DNA of 64,000 bases from Kofleriaceae bacterium (GTDB lineage Bacteria; Myxococcota_A; Polyangia; Haliangiales; Haliangiaceae): the NCBI GenBank assembly GCA_965215005.1, contig CBDCCZ010000014.1, forward strand, positions 1 to 64,000. Direction: 5' to 3'. A program made the translations under genes and the position numbers. Under the pieces are notes generated by a model. It ran no database searches. It saw only the letters and a program-made list of their open reading frames with translations, and was not told the origin of the DNA. Numbering within the stretch: the stretch's first letter is position 1; each line of letters starts with the position of its first letter. Below, piece by piece: positions 20,968 through 32,555 of this stretch.

Positions 20968-20989
20968 AGATTTGCAGAAGGAGTCGACG

Positions 20990-21349
20990 ATGAAGCGTTC
21001 ATGGATGGTCGGTTCCGCAGGCCTGGCGGTCGTAGTGGCGCTCTTTGTGGGAGCGGCGAGCGCACCGGCACCGGCACAGTCCGCGGGTGGTCAAAACCTA
21101 GAGGTCCTGCCCAAAACTCTCAGCCGCAGCGAAATCAAGTCGCTGATGAAGCAGATGGCCGATGCGCTCGGGGTTAAGTGCCAGTACTGCCACGATATGG
21201 GCGATATGAGCAAAGACACGCCCAAGAAAGAAGTCGCGCGCAAGATGATGCGCATGACCGGCGAGATCAACGCGAGCCTGCTCAAAGGCAGTCAGAGCAA
21301 AGTCACGTGCAACACGTGTCATCGAGGCAAGGAGCATCCTCCTCACTGA
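20990..21349 (+). CDS. Diheme c-type cytochrome, paralog of the upstream gene
   Basis: Signal peptide, NLEVLP, CQYCH and CNTCH, ARKMMRMT; AGGAG RBS. Confidence 0.88.
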   Translation: MKRSWMVGSAGLAVVVALFVGAASAPAPAQSAGGQNLEVLPKTLSRSEIKSLMKQMADALGVKCQYCHDMGDMSKDTPKKEVARKMMRMTGEINASLLKGSQSKVTCNTCHRGKEHPPH

Positions 21350-21445
21350 TTCCCGCGCGCGTAATTGAGCGCGCGGCGCCGCACGAGGTGTGCCGCCACG
21401 CCTCAGCTGTCGCGGTGCAACGCCCGTCGTCGCCCAGCTGGTGTT

Positions 21446-21462
21446 CGGCACGGGCAGTGCAA
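21446..21462 (+). promoter_or_regulatory. Putative sigma54 (-24/-12) promoter
   Basis: CGGCACGGGCAGTGCAA: GG-N10-GC, about 60 nt upstream of ATG 21523. Confidence 0.55.
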
Positions 21463-21522
21463 TCCAGTGCAATCCGTCGAGTCACCGTTACCCCGATTGC
21501 CGACTCGAAAAGGAGAGCGCTC

Positions 21523-21924
21523 ATGAGCAACAACGAGACCCCTACCCCGCCGTTTCCCGCGCAGCCGGCGACGACGACGCCGACCGCCACGATCCCCGGC
21601 GCTGCTCGCACTCCCATCGACCGCGGATGGGCAGCCAATGCCAGCGGCGAGCCTCTCACTCGTGAGTCAAGCGAGACTCCCGTAGAGCGGGTGAACGCCG
21701 CCATGAACACCGCCGGAGCCAAACTCTCGGGCATCTCGAGCACCGTTGGCAAGCGCAGCCCGCGCCTCGGCGAAGCGTTCGAGCAGGCAGGTCGCTATCT
21801 GCAAGACCGCGATCCGGAAGCGGCTACCGAAGATCTCCGCGAGCTCATCCGTCAGAATCCCGGTCCTGCCATTGCGGTGGGCGTAGGCGTGGGATTCCTC
21901 CTGGCGCGGATGCTCTTCAAGTAG
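21523..21924 (+). CDS. DUF883/ElaB-like tail-anchored protein
   Basis: AGGAG RBS; C-terminal IRQNPGPAIAVGVGVGFLLAR. Confidence 0.75.
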   Translation: MSNNETPTPPFPAQPATTTPTATIPGAARTPIDRGWAANASGEPLTRESSETPVERVNAAMNTAGAKLSGISSTVGKRSPRLGEAFEQAGRYLQDRDPEAATEDLRELIRQNPGPAIAVGVGVGFLLARMLFK

Positions 21925-21933
21925 GAGGAAACC

Positions 21934-22386
21934 ATGGCAACCGCTCATACCGATCTCGAACCAACCGCCTCGCGCGGGGTCGCGCAGGCCGCCGCCGCCG
22001 ATAGCACCCTCGCCCGCGCCGATAACGGCGAGCTCATCGGCGGCATCGTGCGCGACGCGCGCGACATGGCGCAAAACTACTTCGAGCTCGCCAAGCTCGA
22101 CGTCAAACATCAAATCACGCTCGCCAAGCGCTCGCTCATCGCTGCCTCCATTGGCGGAGCCATCACGCTGGTCGGTGTCATCGTCCTCGCTCTCGCCGCT
22201 GGCTATGCGCTGGCATTGGTGCTGCCGCTGTGGGCAGCCATGGGCATCGTTGGAGCCGCGCTCGCGCTGCTCGGCGTCATAGCGTTGGGCGTAGGCGCAG
22301 CGATTGCGAAGAACATCGAGCCCGTACCGCACGAGGTCATCGAAGACGCCAAGGAGGATGCCCAATGGATCGGCGAGAGGACCTAG
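21934..22386 (+). CDS. Phage-holin-superfamily (YqjE/DUF1469-like) membrane protein
   Basis: ELAKLDVK followed by two TM helices; typical DUF883-holin-DUF3618 trio. Confidence 0.8.
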   Translation: MATAHTDLEPTASRGVAQAAAADSTLARADNGELIGGIVRDARDMAQNYFELAKLDVKHQITLAKRSLIAASIGGAITLVGVIVLALAAGYALALVLPLWAAMGIVGAALALLGVIALGVGAAIAKNIEPVPHEVIEDAKEDAQWIGERT

Positions 22387-22574
22387 AGGCGAGGCTCGAG
22401 CGCTCGCGACAAGCCTTGACGCGGCGCGCGCGCGAGCTGGAGCAACGTGCCGATGCGGTCAAGGGGCGCGTCGAGCGCGCCGTAGATGTAAAACGCTACG
22501 CGCAAGAGCAACCGCTGGCGACCTTGGGCGCAGCGGTTGGCGTGGGAGCGCTGCTGGGCATCCTATTGGGTTAG
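22365..22574 (+). CDS. DUF3618-like small protein
   Basis: DLEARLERSRQALTRRARELE coiled coil plus hydrophobic tail; GGAGG RBS. Confidence 0.7.
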   Translation: MDRREDLEARLERSRQALTRRARELEQRADAVKGRVERAVDVKRYAQEQPLATLGAAVGVGALLGILLG

Positions 22575-22586
22575 CCCAATCGCTTC

Positions 22587-23657
22587 CTACCGCGGGATGA
22601 GCCCCCAGTAGTCGAGGTCGAGCACCACGCGCGGATCGTAGCGTTTCTTGCCCTGCTGCTCGACCTCCACCGCCACCTCCTCCTGCTGCGGATCCACGTT
22701 CTTCACCGCCACCATACGTAGCCGCAGCGCGCCCACGTCACTTCGGCGGGGCAGCGTTTCCTTCGCCAGCACCTCGGTCCATGCGTACAACGTGTCGCCC
22801 GCAAAGGTTGGATTGGCGTGTGCCCCGCTGTTCCACGCCGCCATGTGCAATACGTTCTGCAGGCCGTTGAACGCGAGCGCGTGGGCAATGCTGATGACGT
22901 GGCCGCCGTAGATCAGACGACGCTTGAAGCGCGAGCTCTGCATCGCATGCGCGTTGAAGTGCACCTTGGCGGTGTTTTGGTATAGACGTGTGGCGGTCGC
23001 GTGGTCGACCTCGTCAATGGTCATGCCGTCGATATGGTCGATGCGTTCCCCGACCTGATAGTCATCGAAACGAGCTGTCTGGCCGGTCGCCCAGGTCATG
23101 TCGGCGAAACGCTGAAGGTTGAGGAGCTCGGGCACCGGCAACTCGTCCACCGCGACCATCGAGGGCAGCTCCGGGACGTGGTCGGCGCCGGTAGAACGCT
23201 GCGGATCCCGCTTGTTGACGAGCACCCAGCGGTGAAAGCGCAGCACCTCGTAGTTCTTTTGATTGAACCCGCTCGTGGTCACGTACACCACGCCTGCACT
23301 GCCGCTCGAGGTCTCGCGCAGGCCGATGACCTCACTCTCAGCGCGAAGCGTATCGCCCGGATACACCGGCCGCAGAAACCGCACCCCTGCGTAGCCGAGG
23401 TTGGCGACCGCGTTGAGCGAGATATCCCCAACGCTCTTGCCAAACACGATGTGGAACGTGAGCAAGTCGTGGGCAAGCTCGCGGTCGAATCCCAACGCGC
23501 GGGCGGCCTCGGTGGAGGAGCTCAGCGGCCGTCGATCGCCCGTGAGCCCGATGTAGAGCGATAGATCACCGCCGTGCACGGTGCGTGGCGTGGGGTGGCG
23601 GATCATTTGGCCAAGGGAGAAGTCTTCAAAGAAATTGCCAGTGCTCGATTTGGTCAT
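22587..23657 (-). CDS. mch: Double-MaoC dehydratase, mesaconyl-CoA hydratase-like
   Basis: GNFFEDF.LGQ.I.H.TPRT, DISLNAVANLGY, LYQNTAKVHFN, VVLDLDYW. Confidence 0.8.
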   Translation of the reverse strand: MTKSSTGNFFEDFSLGQMIRHPTPRTVHGGDLSLYIGLTGDRRPLSSSTEAARALGFDRELAHDLLTFHIVFGKSVGDISLNAVANLGYAGVRFLRPVYPGDTLRAESEVIGLRETSSGSAGVVYVTTSGFNQKNYEVLRFHRWVLVNKRDPQRSTGADHVPELPSMVAVDELPVPELLNLQRFADMTWATGQTARFDDYQVGERIDHIDGMTIDEVDHATATRLYQNTAKVHFNAHAMQSSRFKRRLIYGGHVISIAHALAFNGLQNVLHMAAWNSGAHANPTFAGDTLYAWTEVLAKETLPRRSDVGALRLRMVAVKNVDPQQEEVAVEVEQQGKKRYDPRVVLDLDYWGLIPR

Positions 23658-24112
23658 GGTCTACCTCTGGGCGGCCGAGCGGCGCCCTCCTGGGAATCAA
23701 GAGCTCCTTGCGCAGTCAACGCGGTTGCCCCGCTGCTCGCGCTGCGCCGGCTGGCGGCTAGCCACCGCGGCAGTGCACGTGCGATGAGCTCGTAGAGATG
23801 AGCGAGCTGTCGCGCCATGCTGGCGCGGGCTAGCAACGCGGCCTCGGCGCGCTGCGCCAACCCCGCGGCGTCCTCGCTAACCCGCGCCGCCGGCGCCAGG
23901 TCCAGGACCCGCAGGAGCTGCCCGGCCAACCCCTGGCTCAACGCCTCGAGCTGATCCCGTGCTTGCCGTAGGACGTCAGCGAAATCATCGACGTGGGCGG
24001 CGATGAGGGCCGCTTCGGCATCGCTGTCGCAGCCCGTCACCAGCGAATCCAGTTCCACCAGAGCCAGTTCTCGAAGCCGCGCGACGAGCTGTTGCTGCTC
24101 TGCCGACCTCAA
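23654..24112 (-). CDS. Hypothetical helical protein
   Basis: 4-nt overlaps with both pspA and mch. Confidence 0.65.
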   Translation of the reverse strand: MRSAEQQQLVARLRELALVELDSLVTGCDSDAEAALIAAHVDDFADVLRQARDQLEALSQGLAGQLLRVLDLAPAARVSEDAAGLAQRAEAALLARASMARQLAHLYELIARALPRWLAASRRSASSGATALTAQGALDSQEGAARPPRGRP

Positions 24113-24810
24113 GTCTCGCCGCCGTTGCGACCAGAGCCGCGACCGCTTTGCTCAATCCCCATCTTGGACTTCAACGCCGTGAGCGCATCGTCTTCGACCT
24201 CATCGCCACCAGCCGCTGCGAGTTGCCGATCGAAGTCGGCACTGCTGATCCCGCTGCTCTCGAGCGCGGCTTCGACCTCGGCGCCTGCCGAGGCGACCTC
24301 GATACGCTCTTCGGCGCGCTCGAGCTTGTCCCAAAGCTCATCGGAGTGGCCAAACGCGTTGCCCCCGCTACGGGCGGCGCGCAACTGCGTGGCCATGGTG
24401 CCCTTCTTGAGCTTGAGCATGCGCAGCTTGACCTCGGCCTCCTTGCGCGACTTGTTGAGCTCGACGGCGTAACCGGCAGCCTCGTTGCGGTCGCGCTGGA
24501 TCCGCTCGAGCTCCTGCACGCAGCGTTGCTTTTCGCGGAGCGCCTGCTTGGCCAGCTCATCATTGCCCTGCTGCACCGCCAACATCGCGCGCTTTTCCCA
24601 TTCCGCGATTTTGCGCTGATAACGCTCCAGGTCCTGTTCGAGCTGCTTACTGGTGGCCTTGTACGAAAGCAACTCAGCGATTGCCTTCTTGCGTTGCTCA
24701 TCGAGCTCGAGAATCACCATCTCGAGCTCACGTGCGGGATCCACCGCTTTGTCGACGACTGCGTTGGCTTTGGTCTTGATAGCGCCTTTGACGCGACGAA
24801 AGATGCCCAT
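24109..24810 (-). CDS. pspA: PspA/IM30 (ESCRT-III-like) protein
   Basis: MGIFRRVKGAIKTKANAVVDKAVDP, WEKRAMLAV..GNDELAKQAL, long coiled coil. Confidence 0.92.
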   Translation of the reverse strand: MGIFRRVKGAIKTKANAVVDKAVDPARELEMVILELDEQRKKAIAELLSYKATSKQLEQDLERYQRKIAEWEKRAMLAVQQGNDELAKQALREKQRCVQELERIQRDRNEAAGYAVELNKSRKEAEVKLRMLKLKKGTMATQLRAARSGGNAFGHSDELWDKLERAEERIEVASAGAEVEAALESSGISSADFDRQLAAAGGDEVEDDALTALKSKMGIEQSGRGSGRNGGET

Positions 24811-24813
24811 TGA

Positions 24814-26237
<1,424 letters not shown>

Positions 26238-26259
<22 letters not shown>

Positions 26260-28079
26260 ATCGCGCTCGAGCCGGAGTCAGCCATTTCCGTGGGCAGCAC
26301 GATGGACACGCGGGTTCCGCGACCCGGCTCGCTCACCAGCACCAGCCGCCCGTGATGCATCGCAATGATGCGGTCGGCAATCGGCAGACCGACGCCGGAG
26401 CCGCTCGGCTTGGTGGTGTAGCCGGGCGCCAGCACGCGGCCCAACGCGCCGCGCGCGATACCTGGTCCCGAATCGTCGACGTCGATCACGACCACTGGCG
26501 CCACACGAGCGGGCATCATGCGCACCGTCACCACCACGCGTCCAACGCCGCCCTCACACGCTTGTACGGCGTTGCAGACGATGTTGAGCAGCGCCTCGCG
26601 GAGCTGACTGCGCTCGCCGCGAACCAGCGGCACCTCGGCGGCAACCTGCACCGCGATGGGCACCGTGGTGCTCGCGCGCGCGGCACTGGTAACGTCCTCG
26701 AGCAGCACCGCGAGCGAGAGGCGCTCGAGCACCGCCGGCGTTGGCCTGCGACTCACCGTCCGCAACGTGGCGCTCCACTCGGCGTGGAGTTCAGCGCAGC
26801 CACGCTCGAGCTCGCTGAGGCGCTCAGCCGCCGCTCCCTGAGCCAGTTTTCTGGCTGCGCGGGCCCGCGCTCCGAGGATGCCGAGCGAGTTCTTGAGCCG
26901 ATGGCCGCTGGCGCTCATCCCAAGGGCGCAGTCCTCTCGCACCTGCTCCGCGACCGCTTCCACCAGACACGCCGTCGCGCTGCCGAGGTCATCGCCGGCG
27001 GCCGCCAAGAGCCGCTCCGAAGTGGCTGCCGCGCCCTCGGCGTCGGCCACCAGAATGCGCGCAGCGCAGCGCCAGGCGAGCCGATGGGCGGAATCGATGC
27101 GCAGAGCCTGCTCGATGGCGCCGACCGCGCCTGTGAGCTCGCCGCGGGCGAGGCGCGACTCGGCGAGACAACTCATCGCATCAGCGTTTCCAGGTTGCAG
27201 CAACGCAGCCTGCCGGTAGTGCTCTTCGGCTTCCCCTGGCGCGTGCACCTTGCCGAGCATCAGGTGCAGGCGCGTCAACCCGCGCAGGGAGCTCGCCCGC
27301 CAGCCACACGTGGGCGCCGCGAGCGACTCGAGCTCGCGCCGCTCTACGATGCGGCGATTGCGACGCAGGGTATGCTCGAGGAGCGCGAGCCGCAGCGGCA
27401 GCAGCGTCGGTCGGTGCGCCACCGCCTCCGCCAGCACCTCCTCGAGCCGGCGACTGGATACCGCCTCGCCGTGCGCCGCTCGTGCTACCAGCACCAGCGC
27501 GCATAGGAGCGAGCGCCACTCGACTGCCGGTGAGCACTCCTCCAAGCGCTCGCTGGCCTCGCGACCGCACCCGAGTCTGGCTAGCTGCGCCGCCGCCTCT
27601 TCGAACAGCAGCACGTCGCTATCCGCGGGATTGCTCGGTGAGGCCTGTCGAGTCCATTCCAGCAGCACGTCCCACGCCGCGAGCGCGTGCGCGGACGCCC
27701 CCGCCCCATCGCCGCTACCCTTGGCCACGGCGCTCGCGCCCAAGTGTGCGCGGGCGCGAAGCGAGGCCGGCAGCGTGGGGTTCTCGAGAACCATCGCAAA
27801 CTCGCGACGCGCCGCCGACGGCTCGCCTGCTGCGAGCGCCGCGCGCCCAAGAAGGAGCCGCGCGGTTGGCCCCGGCGCCCGTTGCAGCGCGTCGATAGCG
27901 GCAAGACGCGCGCGGTCGCTATGCCCAGTGGACAGCGCGAGCTCCGCCAATCGCCGAGCCGCGGAGGCGTCATCGGCGGCACTGCCGGCCAGCGCGCGTT
28001 CAAAAGCGCCGCGCGCCGCCGCGGGCAGACCGAGCGCCGCGTAGCGCTCGCCCAGCTCCACCAGCATCCGCGCCGACAT
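26238..28079 (-). CDS. Soluble TPR-repeat histidine kinase
   Basis: TPR-like helices, GHRLKNSLG H-box, NIVCNAVQA, DDSGPGI, GSGVGL; start uncertain. Confidence 0.85.
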
Positions 28080-28225
28080 GGCTTTGGGATGTACCACGCC
28101 GCGCTTGCCAGCCCCAAGTCGCGATATTGCCGCGCTTGTCCAATGGTGGGCTCCCCTGCGGATTAGCATCCGCGGGACGCGGAGCAATCGCCCGAGTCGA
28201 TTTCGCTACTGCGCGCTTGATCTGG

Positions 28226-28856
28226 TCAGTCGAGCGCGGTGCGTCGGCGGCGCTCGAGCGCCGCGAGGTCGTCGATCGCGGCCCCCAGCGCTCCTGCGCG
28301 CCCTACCTCGGCTCGATCGCATGCCTGCACCACGCGCCGATACAGCTCGACCTCGGCGCGACGTCGCGCTCGCAGCGCTTCGTTCATGTCGCGAAACTTG
28401 CCGTAGAAATCGACCAACAGATCGCCCCGACGCAGATTGGTGACATTGCCGAGCTGCCCGTGAGTGAGCTGCTCGATGTAGCGCGAGACCTTGAAGAGCG
28501 GGCCCGCCACGCGATGCGTCATCACCACGGAGAACAGCGACAACACCACCACCAACGCGATGCAGGCGGCCGCCATAGTGAGCGCAACGTCGCGCTTGTG
28601 GCGACTCTGGTCGGCTTCAATCTCCTGCTGAATCGCCGCCCAATACCCCGCATCCTCTTCTCCCAGCTCACTTGCACTCGCTTGCAAGATCGATGCGGTG
28701 TTCGCCACCTGATTCCAGATCATCGCGCCGAGCGCCGAAGTAATCGCCGCCGACAGCAGTGCGACCACAATCATGTAGCGGAGCTGCAAACCGTTTATCG
28801 ATCAGAAAGTTCGACAGCCGGCGCTGATTATGTCGCATCGTGCGCGGCTCGCTCAT
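28226..28856 (-). CDS. Two-TM HAMP-like membrane protein, one frameshift near 28790
   Basis: NFLIDKRF/QLRY joins two frames; THRVAGPLFK..LRRGD shared with the neighbouring gene. Confidence 0.75.
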
Positions 28857-28857
28857 G

Positions 28858-29661
28858 TCAGTCAACGCTAGCCTCCTTGCGAGCAACCATCACGCGCACC
28901 TCCTCGAGCACCGCGGCCAGCTCCGGCGAGCGTGACGCCAGCCGCGCCTCGGTGGCAGTATCGAGGAGCTCGCGCAAGAACTCTAGGTCTTCTTCCTCCA
29001 TCACTCGCAGCCGCTCGTGAGCGGTGCGAAATCGCTGATAGAAGCTCACCAGTTGATCGCCTCGGCGCAGATCGTTCATGGTGTTGAAGCGGCCATTCTC
29101 GAGCTCTTCAAAGTAAAATCCGAGCTTGTAGAGAGGGCCCGCGACGCGATGGGTCATCTTGATGCCGTAGAGCCCAAGTCCCACGCAAAGCAGTACACCG
29201 CACACGCCGAGTGTCCATTGAATGCGGCGATAGCCATCGTGGAGCTCGCGGATACGCACAGCTTGCGCCGAGCGACACTCGTGATGCTGCACGAGCTGGC
29301 CAAGGTGCTCAGGGGATACCGGCGGCGCAATCGACTCCACCGTGGTCTCTAGGACTCGGCTTCGCGGCCGCGCGCTCCGCTTGCCCCGTTTGGGCGCCAC
29401 CGGCGGCTCACCGACGCGAACCTCGGATCCGGTTGGCATCGGTTCCTCGAGCTCCGGCCGCAACGGACACGCCTGCCCAAGGACATTGGTCTCGCCGACG
29501 ATCGTCGCTTCACGCGCCTCATGCATCACCCAGAAGCCAAGAACGGTCATCAACACCGCCGCGATGGCCACGGTGAGCAAGGTGAAGCGCAGCTGGATCC
29601 CCTTATCGAGGAGCAAGTTGCGCCAGTGACGCCGATCGCGTCGTTGGTTCGCTGCGCCCAT
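28858..29661 (-). CDS. Two-TM HAMP-like membrane protein (paralog)
   Basis: NLLLDKGIQLRF, THRVAGPLYK, LRRGDQL. Confidence 0.8.
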   Translation of the reverse strand: MGAANQRRDRRHWRNLLLDKGIQLRFTLLTVAIAAVLMTVLGFWVMHEAREATIVGETNVLGQACPLRPELEEPMPTGSEVRVGEPPVAPKRGKRSARPRSRVLETTVESIAPPVSPEHLGQLVQHHECRSAQAVRIRELHDGYRRIQWTLGVCGVLLCVGLGLYGIKMTHRVAGPLYKLGFYFEELENGRFNTMNDLRRGDQLVSFYQRFRTAHERLRVMEEEDLEFLRELLDTATEARLASRSPELAAVLEEVRVMVARKEASVD

Positions 29662-29662
29662 G

Positions 29663-30523
29663 TCATTGACTCCGAGTCTGGAGAGTAGGAATGACTTTCT
29701 TGGCGATGAGGTCTTCGACCACAGCGGTTACGCAGTCTTCTCTCGCGTACTGTACATCTTTCGCATTAGTGCCAGCTTCCACTTTGCCGCCGCCATTCAA
29801 GAAGCCAAACATACTCTTCTCGGGATAGGTCGCGATCAACATGCTCACCTTGCAGGAAACAATCGTCGATGACCCGGCCGTAGCTTCACTGAGCTCGATG
29901 AGGGTTCCGTCGACGTGGAAGGCGGTGGCGCCGCTGGCGGCGAGCTGAGCTCCGCTCGGGGTTCCAGAGGGCCATTCGGTGCGGATCGAGCTGGCTCGTT
30001 TGGCAATGGTCTGAACCACGACCTTGCGCATCAGCGGCGCCATCTTGCCGCTGCCGTCGCTCTTGGCCGCCATCGGGCCGACGTTGACGTAGATGCCGCC
30101 GGAGCTCGGCGCCGCCGAGGGCGCCCGCGCTTTTGCGATGATTCGATAAGAAGTTTTGGCGCGCCGACGAACGAAGCTGTCGCGATCGCCTTTGGCCACC
30201 CGCCGCAGCGCAATGAGCACCTGCTTGCGCAGCCGCGGCGTGGTTTTGCTAGTGACGAGCTTGCCCAGCGATGCCGCCGCCACTCCTCGCACCGTCTTGT
30301 TGGAGTCGCCCAGCGCAGCAAGAAGCGGCGCGATCGCGCGGCTGTCCTCGATTCGGGTCAGGCTTAACGCCGCCGACAACCGCACCTTATAGTCACGGCT
30401 CCCGCGCAGCTGGGCGATGAGCGTGTCGACCTCGTCGGCGCGTGCCACCCGCGGCAGCGCCAAGAGAATCACCAAGAGCGGCAACGCGACCGCGGTGAAC
30501 GCACGTGTCAAAGACGGCCTCAT
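29663..30523 (-). CDS. Secreted HEAT-repeat protein
   Basis: Signal peptide; VRLSAALSL and VRGVAAASLG HEAT repeats. Confidence 0.8.
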   Translation of the reverse strand: MRPSLTRAFTAVALPLLVILLALPRVARADEVDTLIAQLRGSRDYKVRLSAALSLTRIEDSRAIAPLLAALGDSNKTVRGVAAASLGKLVTSKTTPRLRKQVLIALRRVAKGDRDSFVRRRAKTSYRIIAKARAPSAAPSSGGIYVNVGPMAAKSDGSGKMAPLMRKVVVQTIAKRASSIRTEWPSGTPSGAQLAASGATAFHVDGTLIELSEATAGSSTIVSCKVSMLIATYPEKSMFGFLNGGGKVEAGTNAKDVQYAREDCVTAVVEDLIAKKVIPTLQTRSQ

Positions 30524-30768
30524 GTTCTCCAGAGCTTGAACAAGACCTATCTGGCTGCTCCCCCGGCGGCCAGGACGACACGAGAGCCAACCCTCGGCCA
30601 TCTATCGTATGGTGTATTACACCAACAGAGGACAGAGTAACGCAGCGGCGCCACCCGATGCAAGCGCTATCAACGCAGCCCCCGACGTCGATACAAGTTC
30701 CGTGAGAGTGCCTCCCACAGCCACCCCAGCTCGCGCGCGTTACCGCGCATGTGCGAGCCGCAGCGCGC

Positions 30769-31284
30769 TCAATCCTCTAGATAACGCATGCCGAGGGCGA
30801 CGTAGTGCTGGGCGCTCTCGCCGATCCACGCGAGCTCCTCATCGGTGAGCGCGCGCTTGGCGCGGGCCGGCGAACCGATGACCAGCTGGCCCTCGGCGAT
30901 CTCGGTTCCCGGCGTTACCAACGCTCCAGCGCCGACGATGCAGTGCTTGCCGATGCGCGCTTGATCCATGACGATCGCCCCCATGCCGATGATGCAGGCG
31001 TCGGCGATGGTGCAGCCGTGAAGCACAGCGGAGTGCCCAACGGTGACCCGATCTCCCACCAAGGTCGGATAGCGACCGCTGGTGACGTGCACGACGGTGT
31101 TGTCTTGAATCGAGGTGTTCTTGCCGATTCGAATGTGCATGACATCGCCGCGCACGACGGTGCCAAACCACACCGAGGAGCCGCTACCGATCTCGACGTC
31201 ACCGATGATCGCGGCGTTGTCGGCGATGAAAACGCGGTCGCCGAAGCTCGGCGTCTTACCCTGATACGAGCGAATGATCGCCAT
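30769..31284 (-). CDS. Gamma-carbonic anhydrase family (YrdA-like)
   Basis: Hexapeptide repeats, VRGD, QDNTVVH, GHSAVLHGC. Confidence 0.92.
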   Translation of the reverse strand: MAIIRSYQGKTPSFGDRVFIADNAAIIGDVEIGSGSSVWFGTVVRGDVMHIRIGKNTSIQDNTVVHVTSGRYPTLVGDRVTVGHSAVLHGCTIADACIIGMGAIVMDQARIGKHCIVGAGALVTPGTEIAEGQLVIGSPARAKRALTDEELAWIGESAQHYVALGMRYLED

Positions 31285-31669
31285 CTCGGTCTCCTCGGTT
31301 GCCACGATGGGTTGTGCGTCTCGCGGCCCACACCGAGCCTAGCAAAGCCCCGAATGCATCCGCGAACAGATCACCCAGCGAAGGTTGTCGGCCCGCGACG
31401 AAGCTCTGGTGCCACTCATCCGAGATGCCAAACACCACCGCGATGATCACGGTGAGGACGATTTTCTGGCCTGCGCCAAGACTCGTCGTGAGCCCGAGCC
31501 CACGCGCGATGGCAGCCGCCAGGAGTGTGTAGACCGCCGCGTGGATGAGCTTATCGAGATAAGGAATCGCGGGCGCGGTCGGTAGCGCCGCACTCGGCAC
31601 CGAGGACGCGGCGATGATGCCGAGCGCCACCGCCGCAGCCGGCAGCCAAGCCAGGAGAAAACGGCGCAT
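31256..31669 (-). CDS. VanZ-family membrane protein
   Basis: DKLIHAAVY, DEWHQSFVAGR, DLFAD. Confidence 0.9.
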   Translation of the reverse strand: MRRFLLAWLPAAAVALGIIAASSVPSAALPTAPAIPYLDKLIHAAVYTLLAAAIARGLGLTTSLGAGQKIVLTVIIAVVFGISDEWHQSFVAGRQPSLGDLFADAFGALLGSVWAARRTTHRGNRGDRDGDHSLVSG

Positions 31670-31684
31670 CGGCGAATGCAGTGC

Positions 31685-32206
31685 CTACATCTTCCACTTG
31701 CCAAATAGCTCGTCGCTGGCGTCAGCGAGATCGGCGTCGTCGGCAAGCAGCATGGAACAACCCGCGAGATCGAGCGAGAGCCGCGGCGCGCAGCGATTCG
31801 CTTTCTCGAGAAGTGCGGCGGTCACGCGAATTTCCGCCCCGGAGCAGAGCGCCAAAGCCAACGCGTCAGAAGGCCTTCCCTCTTGCACCACGCGCTCGCC
31901 GCACGGCAAGCGCAGCAGGATGCGAGCATAGAAGGTAGTGCCGATCAGGTCGTAAACCTCGACTGCCTCGACCTGCACGCCCGCTTTGCTCAGCAGCCCG
32001 CGCATCAGGTGATGGGTCATCGGCCGTTCGACCTCGATACGCTCGAGCTCGGTAGCAATCGCCGAGGCCTCACCGAGCCCCACCGAGATGGCCACGCTGC
32101 GGCGTTGTCCTTCGTCGGCCAAGAGCACCATGGGCAGGCCCGTGAATGGATCGACGGTTAGCGAACAGACCGTCATGCGAAAGGTGCCGGCGTTGTCTGC
32201 TGCCAC
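31685..32206 (-). CDS. Bifunctional nuclease family (DUF151)
   Basis: EASAIA, RPMTHHL, TFYA, RPSDALALAL; GTG start after GAGGGA. Confidence 0.88.
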   Translation of the reverse strand: MAADNAGTFRMTVCSLTVDPFTGLPMVLLADEGQRRSVAISVGLGEASAIATELERIEVERPMTHHLMRGLLSKAGVQVEAVEVYDLIGTTFYARILLRLPCGERVVQEGRPSDALALALCSGAEIRVTAALLEKANRCAPRLSLDLAGCSMLLADDADLADASDELFGKWKM

Positions 32207-32555
32207 GACGTCCCTCAACAACTCGCTCGTGCGATGAGCCTTGGCCTCGGGTTCACGCCGACCGTTAAACCATATCTTCGCCGAAGGGCAAGTAGCGAAA
32301 TCCACCGGGATCGGCTTACGAGGAATCAGGCGCGCACGACCGAATGATTGGCTAGTAATTGAGACCGGCGGCTCGCTGGCGTTTCGATAGGACGGCGCAA
32401 TCGATTCGCTCGCCGCCGCCGCGACGAGCCGCTGCAATGGCTGTCGAGATCGTCACCTCGACAGCGGAACGCTCATCGCACCAATTGCGATTGCCGTCGC
32501 GCCGGGGCCGTTGCTCCTGACGCGTCGGGGTCATCTCGCGACGATTTCATTGGAC

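Noticed and set aside
20413..21349. Photosynthesis gene cluster
   Set aside because: Only diheme domains; no pufLM, bch or crt genes in the window
21934..22386. Holin as evidence of a prophage
   Set aside because: It sits in the common chromosomal DUF883/YqjE/DUF3618 stress trio, with no endolysin or structural phage genes
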